From Bdellovibrionales bacterium (lineage in GTDB: Bacteria; Bdellovibrionota; Bdellovibrionia; Bdellovibrionales; CAYMLA01): a stretch of 64,000 nt of DNA. Positions 9,650 through 19,037 of this stretch are shown here, in pieces. Every line of letters begins with the position of its first letter. The first letter of the stretch is position 1. Under the pieces are notes generated by a model. It worked only from the letters and a program-made list of their open reading frames with translations. It had not been told where the DNA came from and did no database searches. The stretch spans positions 2,048,001 to 2,112,000 of the forward strand of contig OZ244239.1 in NCBI GenBank assembly GCA_965217115.1. Direction: 5' to 3'. The position numbers and the translations under genes were made by a program.

Positions 9650-10126
9650 ATGAATAATAAAAAGAAAAGAACTTTAAATCAAAGAGAGATCATTGATAGG
9701 AAATCAGGGAAGTGGCTAGATTTGCGAACTGAACCCGCTCCTCGTTCTGGTTGGCTAAAGGCCATACGAGGTTCACTGGGAATCAGTAGCTCCCAGCTAG
9801 CGAAGCTCATGGGTATTCATCAAGCCAACGTCACTCGACTGGAAAAGCGTGAGGCAAAAGGCACAGCAAGCTTTGAATCTATAAACCAAGCAGCAAAGGC
9901 TATGAATTGTAAAGTTATTTACGCCATTGTTCCCGATGATAATTATCAGGACCTTGAAGAAATAATGACAGAAAAGTCTAATAATCTAGCACAAATAACT
10001 TTAGAAAAGTTAGAGCACAGCATGGAACTTGAAAAACAAAGCTCTGGCGTCAGCTCATCTGATATAAAAAAGCTATCTCATGAGCTAAAAATAAATTTAG
10101 ACCCACGCTTATGGGAAAAGAAATAA
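9650..10126 (+). CDS. mobile mystery protein A (XRE-type HTH), copy 2
   Basis: Near-identical to 7892-8368, differing at only a few residues. Confidence 0.88.
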   Translation: MNNKKKRTLNQREIIDRKSGKWLDLRTEPAPRSGWLKAIRGSLGISSSQLAKLMGIHQANVTRLEKREAKGTASFESINQAAKAMNCKVIYAIVPDDNYQDLEEIMTEKSNNLAQITLEKLEHSMELEKQSSGVSSSDIKKLSHELKINLDPRLWEKK

Positions 10127-10389
10127 ATGACTAAGGATAAATTTAAAATTAAGCACGAGCAAGGAGCCAGCCTCTTAATCCAGATGAGCTAGCAGGTCTA
10201 ATTCCTGATTATATTTCCACCCAAGAGGAATTAAATAGGTTAGAGAGAAAAAACATTTTAGAGGCAGAAAAATGGCTTAATAAAAAGAAAGAGTTTTTGT
10301 TAAATGTTAGTTTTATCCTAAGTATTCATAAAAAAATGTTTGAGGATGTTTGGAGTTGGGCGGGTAAACCCCGGGGGCATAAAGTATAA
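10127..10389 (+). pseudogene. mobile mystery protein B, frameshifted and truncated, copy 2
   Basis: 1-nt loss near 10168 (GGAGCCAGCC versus GGAGCCACGCC in copy 1). The homologous frame continues to IHKKMFEDVWSWAGKPR and then stops. Confidence 0.82.
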
Positions 10390-10407
10390 ATTAGGAGATA
10401 AGTTATT

Positions 10408-11379
10408 GTGATTATAAAAATAGCAAGCAAAAATATATATAAAAAATATCTGAAGGATAATTCTTTTAGAGTGAGGTCTTCGTTGTATTATGTAAAGGAT
10501 GATAATCTAGAAAGGGGCGATAAAAATGAGTTAATATACCCAATACACATAGACTTTGAGAATAGGATTAAAAATGAATCTATACTTCAAGATATAAAGA
10601 GTGAATATGGAAGAGTTGACATAAGAAAATGCCCTAGTGAGAAAGAGATATACGCGAATATTTGGATACCTAATTACTTATTATTTTGTTGTTCCCAGTT
10701 ATCGCCTGAAGAGGATAGGTCTAAGTTTATAAAAATAATGGGAAATAAGTTTAAATATGATGACCCAATTGGGCATGAGATAGATATTGATTTATTCGCG
10801 GAAGGTGCGTGTCAAGAATTACTCCATCAATTCCCCTCTTTGGTTAATAAGGAGTTTTCCAAATGTTCCGCGAATATGCATATATCTAGTAAGCATGTAG
10901 ATTTAAAGAAAAAGTTAAATCTAAAACAGTGGAGCGGATCAGTTAAAAGCTTTGGGATATTTAGTCTTAACCCGAACCGTAAAATATCTCTTGAGAAAGA
11001 AAAATTCCATGTTAGTAAAGAATTTTATATTGGTATAGAATGTGTTTATGGAAATGTTCAATATTATGATAAATACATACCAATAAATAGAGATAACCCA
11101 GAGTTGAAGTATAGACTAATCCCGTTCTTTAAGGAAAATGCTTATAGAGATCAGAAAGAATTTAGATTTTCTTTTAGCTTTTTTATATTTACATATGATG
11201 ATGTAAATATACCTCCTGTAAATCCAGAAAAATCTTCTACGTTTGCACATGGCGTCTATTCCAATGTTTGTTTCGATGATGACGTGATTAATCAACTTAG
11301 TATACAAAGAGAAAATATCACTTTATTGGAATTAAATAAAGAGTATGCTGATTTTTGTATATATCCTAATTATAGTTAA
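10408..11379 (+). CDS. AT-rich cytoplasmic hypothetical protein, weak DUF2971-like motif
   Basis: AGGAG RBS and GTG start; 'FCCS...VQYYD...FFKENAYRDQKEFRF' motif pattern. Confidence 0.55.
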   Translation: MIIKIASKNIYKKYLKDNSFRVRSSLYYVKDDNLERGDKNELIYPIHIDFENRIKNESILQDIKSEYGRVDIRKCPSEKEIYANIWIPNYLLFCCSQLSPEEDRSKFIKIMGNKFKYDDPIGHEIDIDLFAEGACQELLHQFPSLVNKEFSKCSANMHISSKHVDLKKKLNLKQWSGSVKSFGIFSLNPNRKISLEKEKFHVSKEFYIGIECVYGNVQYYDKYIPINRDNPELKYRLIPFFKENAYRDQKEFRFSFSFFIFTYDDVNIPPVNPEKSSTFAHGVYSNVCFDDDVINQLSIQRENITLLELNKEYADFCIYPNYS

Positions 11380-11559
11380 GTGTCTTAAGGTGTGGTTTGA
11401 TATCATTAAGCTAATTTTGATTTCAAAAATTCAAAACAAAAAATTTTTGCTTTGGCTGGATTCGAATCAGCATTCTTGGCCGAATCTGTTGAGAGAGAGA
11501 CTGGTGGAGGTCTTTTATTTTTTAGTTTTTTGAACCCACGCTATCTATTCAGCGCCGTT

Positions 11560-12081
11560 TTACCTAGCGTCATTAGGATTAAAATAGAGAGGGTCTAACT
11601 TACAATCAATGCCATTAAAGCTAACATTTCGGGACATCTCTATATTAGAAATTTTTTGGGACTGAAGGAAGTCGCCTAAGCTTTTACAATCTAGTGGTAC
11701 ACGATCAGCATAGACAGAGGTTGAACCAATGCTCGTTAGTAATCCTAGAGGAGAAAACTTTTTTACAAAAACAAGAACGGCAATCATCCCAGCCAATATT
11801 TTGTACTCTGTCCTTATGATCACCTCTGGTGTATTGGGATCTTCTAAAGGATTAATCCTAGCCCATTCTGTATCTGTTACAGAGCCAGGGGCTGCATCTG
11901 TTGCAGCATCAGGGTCTGCATCTGTTGCAGCATCAGGGTCTGCATCTGTTGCAGCATCAGAGAGCGCTACTGACATATCGCGATGGGTAGGATTGAGGCT
12001 CACCTCTGCAAGGTCACGACCGAATGAGACTGAAGCCAGAAAAATGAGTCCTAATTTAACGATCAATTGTAGGCTCTTCAT
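11560..12081 (-). CDS. secreted hypothetical protein with DAATDADP repeats
   Basis: AGGAG RBS and signal peptide; 24-bp tandem repeat x3 at about 11893-11960. Confidence 0.65.
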   Translation of the reverse strand: MKSLQLIVKLGLIFLASVSFGRDLAEVSLNPTHRDMSVALSDAATDADPDAATDADPDAATDAAPGSVTDTEWARINPLEDPNTPEVIIRTEYKILAGMIAVLVFVKKFSPLGLLTSIGSTSVYADRVPLDCKSLGDFLQSQKISNIEMSRNVSFNGIDCKLDPLYFNPNDAR

Positions 12082-12132
12082 TTTAACTTTCTCCTTAGAG
12101 TGTAAATTTACGATAAAAAGGGCTCTTACTTT

Positions 12133-12876
12133 TTAATTATGAAGAGGTGTGAAAAAGATTTGACCTCTTAACTGTGGACCCTGAATGTAAAGAGTCGAAG
12201 GGCTAATGCTCTTCTCTTCTCGAAGGGCTTCTGCCAGAGTAGGCCGACGCCGACCAATGTCGTCCCGAGTCTGGGAGTTAATGAAAAGTTTTTTGCTAAC
12301 TTCTTCATCATCAGTTTCATCAGTAAAACTCGGAAGTTCTAGTTCGTATGGGCTTGAGTTACGAAGAACTTTATTTCCAGCGGAGTTAATCAAAACCTCT
12401 ATAGAGTTTTCCCTGTATCTATCATCTGTTTTTTTGATACTCGATAGCAATGAATTTACGTGGACTTCTTCCATTGTAAATCGTAGTAACAAATTCTCAG
12501 AGCTATCATAAGCCAATCCCTTATCCGTAAAGGCAATCTTCTGTAAAGTTTCTATTGAGAGCCTCATGTAGGGACCTTTTATAGCTTTTCCTTTGAGCAC
12601 TTTTAAGTCACTAATATCCAAGGGATATTTTCCGATGAGAGATTCGTCACTTCCTTGAGTGGCAGTGATTTTTAAAGACAACTCAGGAGTGTCATCACTA
12701 GACCACCAGTTCACCCCATCCTTTTCTAGTCCCCTAGTTAGTGTTGAAAATAGGATATGTATATATTTTGAATCTACTGAATCTGTTGGTAAAGCATCAG
12801 CCTGTGCTAGCGGCATCATTAAGGTTAAAATAGAAAAAACGATGACGATCCTCTTTAAACTGAACAAGAAAAACAT
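12133..12876 (-). CDS. secreted hypothetical protein
   Basis: AGGAGG RBS and signal peptide ending AQA. Confidence 0.7.
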   Translation of the reverse strand: MFFLFSLKRIVIVFSILTLMMPLAQADALPTDSVDSKYIHILFSTLTRGLEKDGVNWWSSDDTPELSLKITATQGSDESLIGKYPLDISDLKVLKGKAIKGPYMRLSIETLQKIAFTDKGLAYDSSENLLLRFTMEEVHVNSLLSSIKKTDDRYRENSIEVLINSAGNKVLRNSSPYELELPSFTDETDDEEVSKKLFINSQTRDDIGRRRPTLAEALREEKSISPSTLYIQGPQLRGQIFFTPLHN

Positions 12877-12982
12877 ATAAGCCTCCTAATCATAGCCTTA
12901 TATTTTAAGTATCGTTTTATCTCCTTTAGGAGAGGGATTCTCCTAAAGTCTGATTGATACCATTAATTTCAAGATTCTAAAT

Positions 12983-12998
12983 TGCACCTTCTATGCCA
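12983..12998 (-). promoter_or_regulatory. putative sigma-54 promoter for the 12876/12081 genes
   Basis: Minus strand TGGCATAGAAGGTGCA has GG-N10-GC spacing. Confidence 0.5.
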
Positions 12999-13200
12999 CT
13001 AAGAGAATAGCTCAAGTCTTAGTCTATTGGTCTTAGGAGTTCTTGAGGTGTCTAGCCCCCCGCGTAGATTGTCATTTCTTTTCTTCACACCGATTGATCT
13101 TCAAGGGGGGATTGTAAAGATTTCAGTGGAAGGATAAAAGCCCCCCCAAGAGATCACTTTTGAGATATAATCTGTTTTTTAACTGAACAAGGGATTACCT

Positions 13201-13827
13201 ATGAAAAAACTATTAATTGCGTTAACACTCTTAACTACGGTCTCATCATCTGCGAGTGGGTTATCAGTCTTTACAGAAACGAGTTTAAAGGAAAATATTC
13301 TTTCTTTAGATATGGTCACTGAGGCAAATACTATACTTAGTTCACTTTCACAGAATCATATCAAGCGCTTGGCCGAAGCCTTCGAAGGCAGTAAAGTTGT
13401 AACTTTATATAGATGTAAAGTGTTTTCCTTACAACTTGCAATCGGTGGAGCGGGTGGAATCTGCACGGGTATTGAGATAAGGGATAATGGGAATGTTAGG
13501 GTAAAAGAATATGTTAAAATCGCAATACAAGCTGGCCCTGGAATCGAAGTGAATCAAATTGAAGATATAGAAGTTTATGCTAATTACTTATCAGAATATA
13601 GTGGTCAAGTTGATGTCTTTTCTAATGGAGCTGCAGTTCTTGGCGTTGGGATTAAACACATTAATGCTGATACTAAGGAGAGTAATGAGCAGTCTTTTTA
13701 TGATGGCCATTTGATTAGAGGGCTTTCTTTTACCTGGGTAAGCGCTCAAGTTGGTATAACTATTCCGACAGAAAAAACTATAGAGTTAAGACTCGAAAAG
13801 GCTGTTATTAAAAGATTATTTGATTAA
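13201..13827 (+). CDS. secreted hypothetical protein
   Basis: Signal peptide MKKLLIALTLLTTVSSSA. Confidence 0.7.
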   Translation: MKKLLIALTLLTTVSSSASGLSVFTETSLKENILSLDMVTEANTILSSLSQNHIKRLAEAFEGSKVVTLYRCKVFSLQLAIGGAGGICTGIEIRDNGNVRVKEYVKIAIQAGPGIEVNQIEDIEVYANYLSEYSGQVDVFSNGAAVLGVGIKHINADTKESNEQSFYDGHLIRGLSFTWVSAQVGITIPTEKTIELRLEKAVIKRLFD

Positions 13828-14047
13828 GTAAATTGTGAGCAAAGCTCGTATTTGGGGAGAATTTTTTTCTGAGCCTAAAAATATGCCTTAAATCTACAAG
13901 GTCTTCTCATCTGCATGATGGCAGTTCCTCTTTGTTCTGTTGACCCCCATCAAGAGGGGTGTTACGACCCCCTAAAGTGAACAAAGAAAAGTCCTCCTGT
14001 TGCAGGTTTAGGTCGCCAGAGGTGGATTAAAACGAGGAGTTGAGAAG

Positions 14048-15937
14048 ATGCAAAAAACTCTAGGGATGATTATTTTAGCTCTCTTAAGTGGTTGTGCTTC
14101 AGTCCCGGATATTAATCAAGGGGTGAAGAAGGTTAAAACCTATAAGGCGGAGGACTTCTTTAAGACCATCACCTATTTTGGAGCCCGCTTTTCCTTTGAC
14201 GAGTCCAAGATTTTACTGACGAGCGATAAAACGGGTATCTATAATGCCTATAGTATTCCTTTTTCCGGAGGGAAGCTGAAGCAGCTGACAAACTCCAAGA
14301 AGAGTATGGTCAGGGCAGTAGGCTATTTCCCAAAAGATGACCGCGTGCTCTACACTTCGGACAAGGAAGGAAATGAACTCAGCCACCTCTATGTGTTGGA
14401 AAAAAATAATCGCAGAGTAGACTTAACACCAAAGAAGGAGACGAAGGCTCGCTTCTTTGCTTGGGAGAAGTCAAAAAAATTCTTTTTCGTTGTGACCAAT
14501 GAGAGAGATTCCAAGTTTTTTGATATCTATCGATATAACACCAAAACCTATAAAAGGGTTATGATCTTTAAAAACACGTTGGAGGGCACTCCTAAGTCCA
14601 TTAGCCGCAGTGGAAGGTGGCTAACGGTTTTAAAGGTAAATAATAATGTTGATTCTAATATCTTGCTCATTGATTTACACAGTAAGAAAAAGCGACCTCT
14701 TCTGATTACCAAGCACGAAGGCTTCGCCAATTTTTCTCCTCAGACTTTTACCCCTGATGAGTCTCAGTTGATTTACATGACCAATTTCAAAAGCGAGTTT
14801 TTAGAAGCCTGGTCTTATGATCTCAAAACAAAAAAACATGCCCCGTATTTTAAGGCTAAATGGAGTATTAGCTTTTTGTATTTTTCAGAAAAGGGCACCT
14901 ACCGAATCATAGGTATTAATAGGGATGCTCAAACGGTGGTTAGGATAGACAATATTAAGACAGGGAAGCGGTATGAGCTTCCAAAATTTGAGGGCAATAT
15001 TACAGGTGTGAGGATTTCTCCTTCAGAGACCAAGATTGCTTTCTATGTTGGGAGTGACACCTCTCCACCGAATCTATTCACAACCAAATTAGAGGTTTTA
15101 AGACCGACTCAACTTACGAAGAGTTTGAGCCCCGTCATAGCGTCTACAGATTTGGTCAATGGTCACGTTGTGCGCTATCGGAGCTTTGATGGGGTAAAAA
15201 TCCCTTCGATTCTTTTTAAACCTTGGGCGGCTAGCATAGAAACTCCTACACCAGCAGTGATTTTTGTCCACGGAGGACCAGGAGGGCAGAGCCGTAAAGG
15301 CTATTACGATACGATTCAGCACCTGGTGAATAATGGTTATGCGGTTTTAATGGTCAATAATAGAGGCTCTTCCGGTTATGGGAAGACCTTTTTTCACCTA
15401 GATGATAAAAAGCACGGTGATGCTGATTTAAAGGACTGTATTTGGGGAAAAAAATACCTTCAAAAACTCAAGTGGATTAACCCTGACAAAATTGCAATTA
15501 TGGGGGGCAGTTATGGCGGCTATATGGTAGCGGCAGCATTGACTTTCACTCCAAATGAGTTTGAGGCTGGTATTAATATTTTTGGTGTGACTAATTGGCT
15601 GAGAACGTTAAAGAGTATACCGCCGTATTGGGAATCAATACGAACTTACCTTTACAGTGAAATCGGAGACCCCAATACTGAGGAGGCCGCCCTGAGAGCA
15701 AAATCTCCTCTTTTTCACGCCAACCGAATTGTTAAGCCCTTAATGGTTGTTCAGGGGGCTAATGACCCACGAGTGCTTCAGTCTGAGAGTGACGATTTGG
15801 TTGCCGCGGCCAGAAGGAACGGCACGCCGGTTGAGTATCTGCTCTTTAAAGACGAGGGGCATGGCTTTAGAAAAATCAAAAATAGAATCAAAGCCTCTAA
15901 AAGATATGTGCGATTTCTAGATAAACACCTCCAATGA
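14048..15937 (+). CDS. S9 family peptidase (prolyl oligopeptidase/acylaminoacyl peptidase type), lipoprotein
   Basis: Lipobox LSGC, beta-propeller region, VHGGP, catalytic GGSYGG, GANDPRV and DEGHGF. Confidence 0.93.
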   Translation: MQKTLGMIILALLSGCASVPDINQGVKKVKTYKAEDFFKTITYFGARFSFDESKILLTSDKTGIYNAYSIPFSGGKLKQLTNSKKSMVRAVGYFPKDDRVLYTSDKEGNELSHLYVLEKNNRRVDLTPKKETKARFFAWEKSKKFFFVVTNERDSKFFDIYRYNTKTYKRVMIFKNTLEGTPKSISRSGRWLTVLKVNNNVDSNILLIDLHSKKKRPLLITKHEGFANFSPQTFTPDESQLIYMTNFKSEFLEAWSYDLKTKKHAPYFKAKWSISFLYFSEKGTYRIIGINRDAQTVVRIDNIKTGKRYELPKFEGNITGVRISPSETKIAFYVGSDTSPPNLFTTKLEVLRPTQLTKSLSPVIASTDLVNGHVVRYRSFDGVKIPSILFKPWAASIETPTPAVIFVHGGPGGQSRKGYYDTIQHLVNNGYAVLMVNNRGSSGYGKTFFHLDDKKHGDADLKDCIWGKKYLQKLKWINPDKIAIMGGSYGGYMVAAALTFTPNEFEAGINIFGVTNWLRTLKSIPPYWESIRTYLYSEIGDPNTEEAALRAKSPLFHANRIVKPLMVVQGANDPRVLQSESDDLVAAARRNGTPVEYLLFKDEGHGFRKIKNRIKASKRYVRFLDKHLQ

Positions 15938-16141
15938 GTTATATTTAAAGCTTGGAGCAGGGGGGAGCTCGCGAATGGACTTTCCCTTGTATCACGAGTT
16001 TTTAAAAACGAGCCCATTTCCTTGGGCTAGGGGCTTGTGCCGTGGTCACTGCAGGCCAGTCTTTAGTCGGGTTTGCTTGAGCTTGATTGAGTTTGCTTGA
16101 GCTATATTCGATAATCTTATGAAGACAAGAAAAGGGGTTTT

Positions 16142-17335
16142 ATGAAAATAACCGTGATATTCCTAGTTGGTTTAAGTCTTATTGGCTGTTCTGGGATACA
16201 AGAAAAAACAGCGTCCACTGCAATTACGAAAAGAAATATTTCGTCAACTCTGGGAAGGAGTAGCAAGTGTGAAAAACCATCTTCTTCCAATGTAAAGAAT
16301 GCTTTTAGATTGATTGAAGCTGGAGAAACTGGCCTCTGTCAGCTTTTACAAACTAATGCCGTTTCTAAGGCTGCCCATAATTCTGAGTGTGAGACCATGT
16401 ATCATTTAGCTATAAGAGCCCATAACCAGGATGCAATAACCTGTCTAAAATCAAAAAATTTCAATATTTTATTTAGAGAAGGTGAGGGAAACGACAATAA
16501 AAAAACCAATGAAAGTAAACGACCATTTCTTGAGTATGTGGTTAAACATGGGAGTTTAGATTTCATAAAAAAGTCAAATTTTGATTTTAGAATTAAAAGT
16601 ATTTCTGAAGTCGCACTTTTTGCCTCAATGGATAGATCTGGTATTGCTGTTTTTAAATATGTCATGGCTCAAATAGCTTATGTAAATACCACTATTGGTT
16701 TTATTGGACGCCTCATGGGTAGGAGACTTGATATAAATGCTATGCGCAGCAGGTATGGTATGGAGGTATTAGTGCATGCAGTTATGTATAATGAAAATGT
16801 TGAAGTGACTGAACATCTCTTGCGGGCGGGGGCTGATGAAAATGCTGCGAACGCTGCTGGTAGGACAGTATTAATGTCTGCAGCAATATATAATAAAAAT
16901 GTTGAAGTGATTAAAGCTCTCTTGCGGGCAGATGTTGAGGTAAATGCTGTGAACATCTATGGAGATACAGCATTAATGTTTTCAGCAGAATATAATGAAA
17001 ATGTTGAAGTGTCTGAAGCTCTCTTGGCGGCAGATGCTAAGGTAAGGGTTAAGGACAACAGGGGCCAGACAGTATTAATGCGTGCAGCAAGACATAATAA
17101 TAACGTTGATGTGACCAAGCTTTTCTTGCGGCCAGATATTAAAATTGATGCTGTGGATAACGAGGGCTATACAGCATTAATGCATGCAGTAGAGTATAAT
17201 AGAAATATTGAAGTGACTAAAGCCCTCTTGGCGGCAGATGCTAATAGAAATATCGTGGGCATTAGGGGAGACGCATTAACTATAGCAAAAAACGCCGGTA
17301 ATGAAGCCTTTGTGAGGCTTTTAAGAAAACGATAG
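16142..17335 (+). CDS. ankyrin-repeat lipoprotein
   Basis: Lipobox LIGC; about 6 repeats of G-T-(A/V)LM-AA-YN-NVEV---LL-A-A-VNA. Confidence 0.88.
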   Translation: MKITVIFLVGLSLIGCSGIQEKTASTAITKRNISSTLGRSSKCEKPSSSNVKNAFRLIEAGETGLCQLLQTNAVSKAAHNSECETMYHLAIRAHNQDAITCLKSKNFNILFREGEGNDNKKTNESKRPFLEYVVKHGSLDFIKKSNFDFRIKSISEVALFASMDRSGIAVFKYVMAQIAYVNTTIGFIGRLMGRRLDINAMRSRYGMEVLVHAVMYNENVEVTEHLLRAGADENAANAAGRTVLMSAAIYNKNVEVIKALLRADVEVNAVNIYGDTALMFSAEYNENVEVSEALLAADAKVRVKDNRGQTVLMRAARHNNNVDVTKLFLRPDIKIDAVDNEGYTALMHAVEYNRNIEVTKALLAADANRNIVGIRGDALTIAKNAGNEAFVRLLRKR

Positions 17336-17344
17336 GAGGTTTTT

Positions 17345-17790
17345 ATGAAGGCATTTATGAAGGTGTTTTTGCTTTTTTGTTAAGTTTAAATTTTATTGGC
17401 TGTTCTGGAATACAAGAAAAAACAACATCTGCCACGGTTAAAAAAAGGAAGGTTGCAGCGTCTTGGAATTTTTCTATTGGTGGCACTTCTGAAAAGTCAT
17501 TAGATCCAAATGTAGACAAAGCAAGAAAGCTTTGTAGAGCTAATAAAATTATAGCCCTTACAAGCAAGGCTCAAGATCTACATAAATCTGAAGTATTGAC
17601 ACAAGTTTATAATTGCTACACTGCAGTCATTCATAAAATTAACGATGAACTTTTTGTAGAGGAATTTGAGCGGATCTGGGTTCTGTATCAAGTAGAGCCA
17701 ATGTTAGAGTTTTGGGAAGAAGATCAGGATGTAGGGCCAGAAGCCTTTCTTAGTGGGTACAAAAACATATTAAAAGATCTAGATTTGTAA
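17345..17790 (+). pseudogene. lipoprotein with a 1-nt frameshift in a poly-T tract of its signal peptide
   Basis: GGAGG-ATG at 17345 reads MKAFMKVFLLFC*. Adding one T to the T6 run at 17373-17378 restores MKAFMKVFLLFLLSLNFIGCSGIQEKTTS in the frame of the 17377 ORF. Confidence 0.7.
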
Positions 17791-18296
17791 CTAAACCTCA
17801 CTCACAGAAGCAGTAAAGTTTCATTTAAAAAAAAGAATTCTTCAAATCAATCGTTATACATGGTTTAAAGACGCACAAAACCATTTAACTTCTAGCCCCG
17901 TAGAGTTGACAAATATTTACAGAGAGGAAGTTCCTAAGTTGACGCCAAGACTATTTGTTTAATACGGGTTGTTTTGATGAACCCCTTTATCGTGTCATCT
18001 CAGCCCAAGTTTGATTTTTTAAAAGAATTTTTGCTAGAATTAGACACCGAATAAAACATTCCTATCCCTCCCCCCTGTTATCATGTGCATTTCTGAGTGT
18101 ACGGGCTTGCTCTTAGAGATTCGTGAATCTATTACAGGGTTAAATCTATAAAAATTATCATCCAGAAGTCAATTATATCTGCTCTATAGGGATGCTGTTA
18201 GTATCGGTTGTGTGTTTTAAACAAAGGGTCATAAAATGACCAGAGAGGCCAGTGAATAAGCTATTACTCAAATGAGTAATAACAAAGGAGAAAGGG

Positions 18297-18644
18297 GTGA
18301 GAAAAATTATTTTAGGACTTATCTTGTTCTCCTCATTATCTGCATTTTCATGGCATAAAGATCATGGAGACCATGAAGATCATGGAAAACATGAAGAACA
18401 TGAAGAACATGAAGAGCCTAAAGAACCTAAAGAAATAGTTTGCGGAATGGAAGTAGACCGAACTTGGAAAGCGACCAAAGGCACGACTCGTCGTTCTATA
18501 AAAGCGCTTCTCTCATTTCTTCGTGAAGCGAAGTTTATTCAATCCTGTACCAATAGCAATGGTGTGGTTGCAGTTATTTACAGAGTTGAAGATCGAGAAT
18601 ATGACACAGAATCGATAGATGCGGCAATTCTTCCCTCGGATTGA
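18297..18644 (+). CDS. secreted protein with His/Glu-rich N-terminal repeats
   Basis: AGGAG RBS, signal peptide and HKDHGDHEDHGKHEEHEEHEE. Confidence 0.7.
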   Translation: MRKIILGLILFSSLSAFSWHKDHGDHEDHGKHEEHEEHEEPKEPKEIVCGMEVDRTWKATKGTTRRSIKALLSFLREAKFIQSCTNSNGVVAVIYRVEDREYDTESIDAAILPSD

Positions 18645-19037
18645 TGGCGACCAAACTCTAGAGATGATGCTATTAATTGGTTTAATAGTCAGCAATTTCG
18701 CCGGGGAAAAAGAATCACACTTTTCAATGAGTAAATCGACAAAGAGGCTTCAAGCCTTGGCATGGACAGATATTGAATCTCTTAAAATGACCCAAGAAGA
18801 AGTTGATTTTATGATCTTTAAATTACAGAAAAATAAGATCAAAAAATTGAGGCGTTGAATATGAAACGAAGGCTCTTTAAAAGCATCTTTTTTATTTTTC
18901 ATGGTGTAGACTTTTTGAGTATATGGGTTAAAAGGGCACTTTGCGGTGGCCGTTTAAAATTTTCCTAGCCCTGTCGCCTGAAGACAATCGACAGGGCTAG
19001 GAGATTTTTAAAATTAAAAAGAACCATTGGGGCATTT

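Noticed and set aside
18619..18858. 79-aa ORF with 'PRIDGDQT', faintly like a Fic/Doc motif
   Set aside because: It lacks the catalytic His and GNxR, has no RBS and overlaps the upstream gene. Too weak to call.
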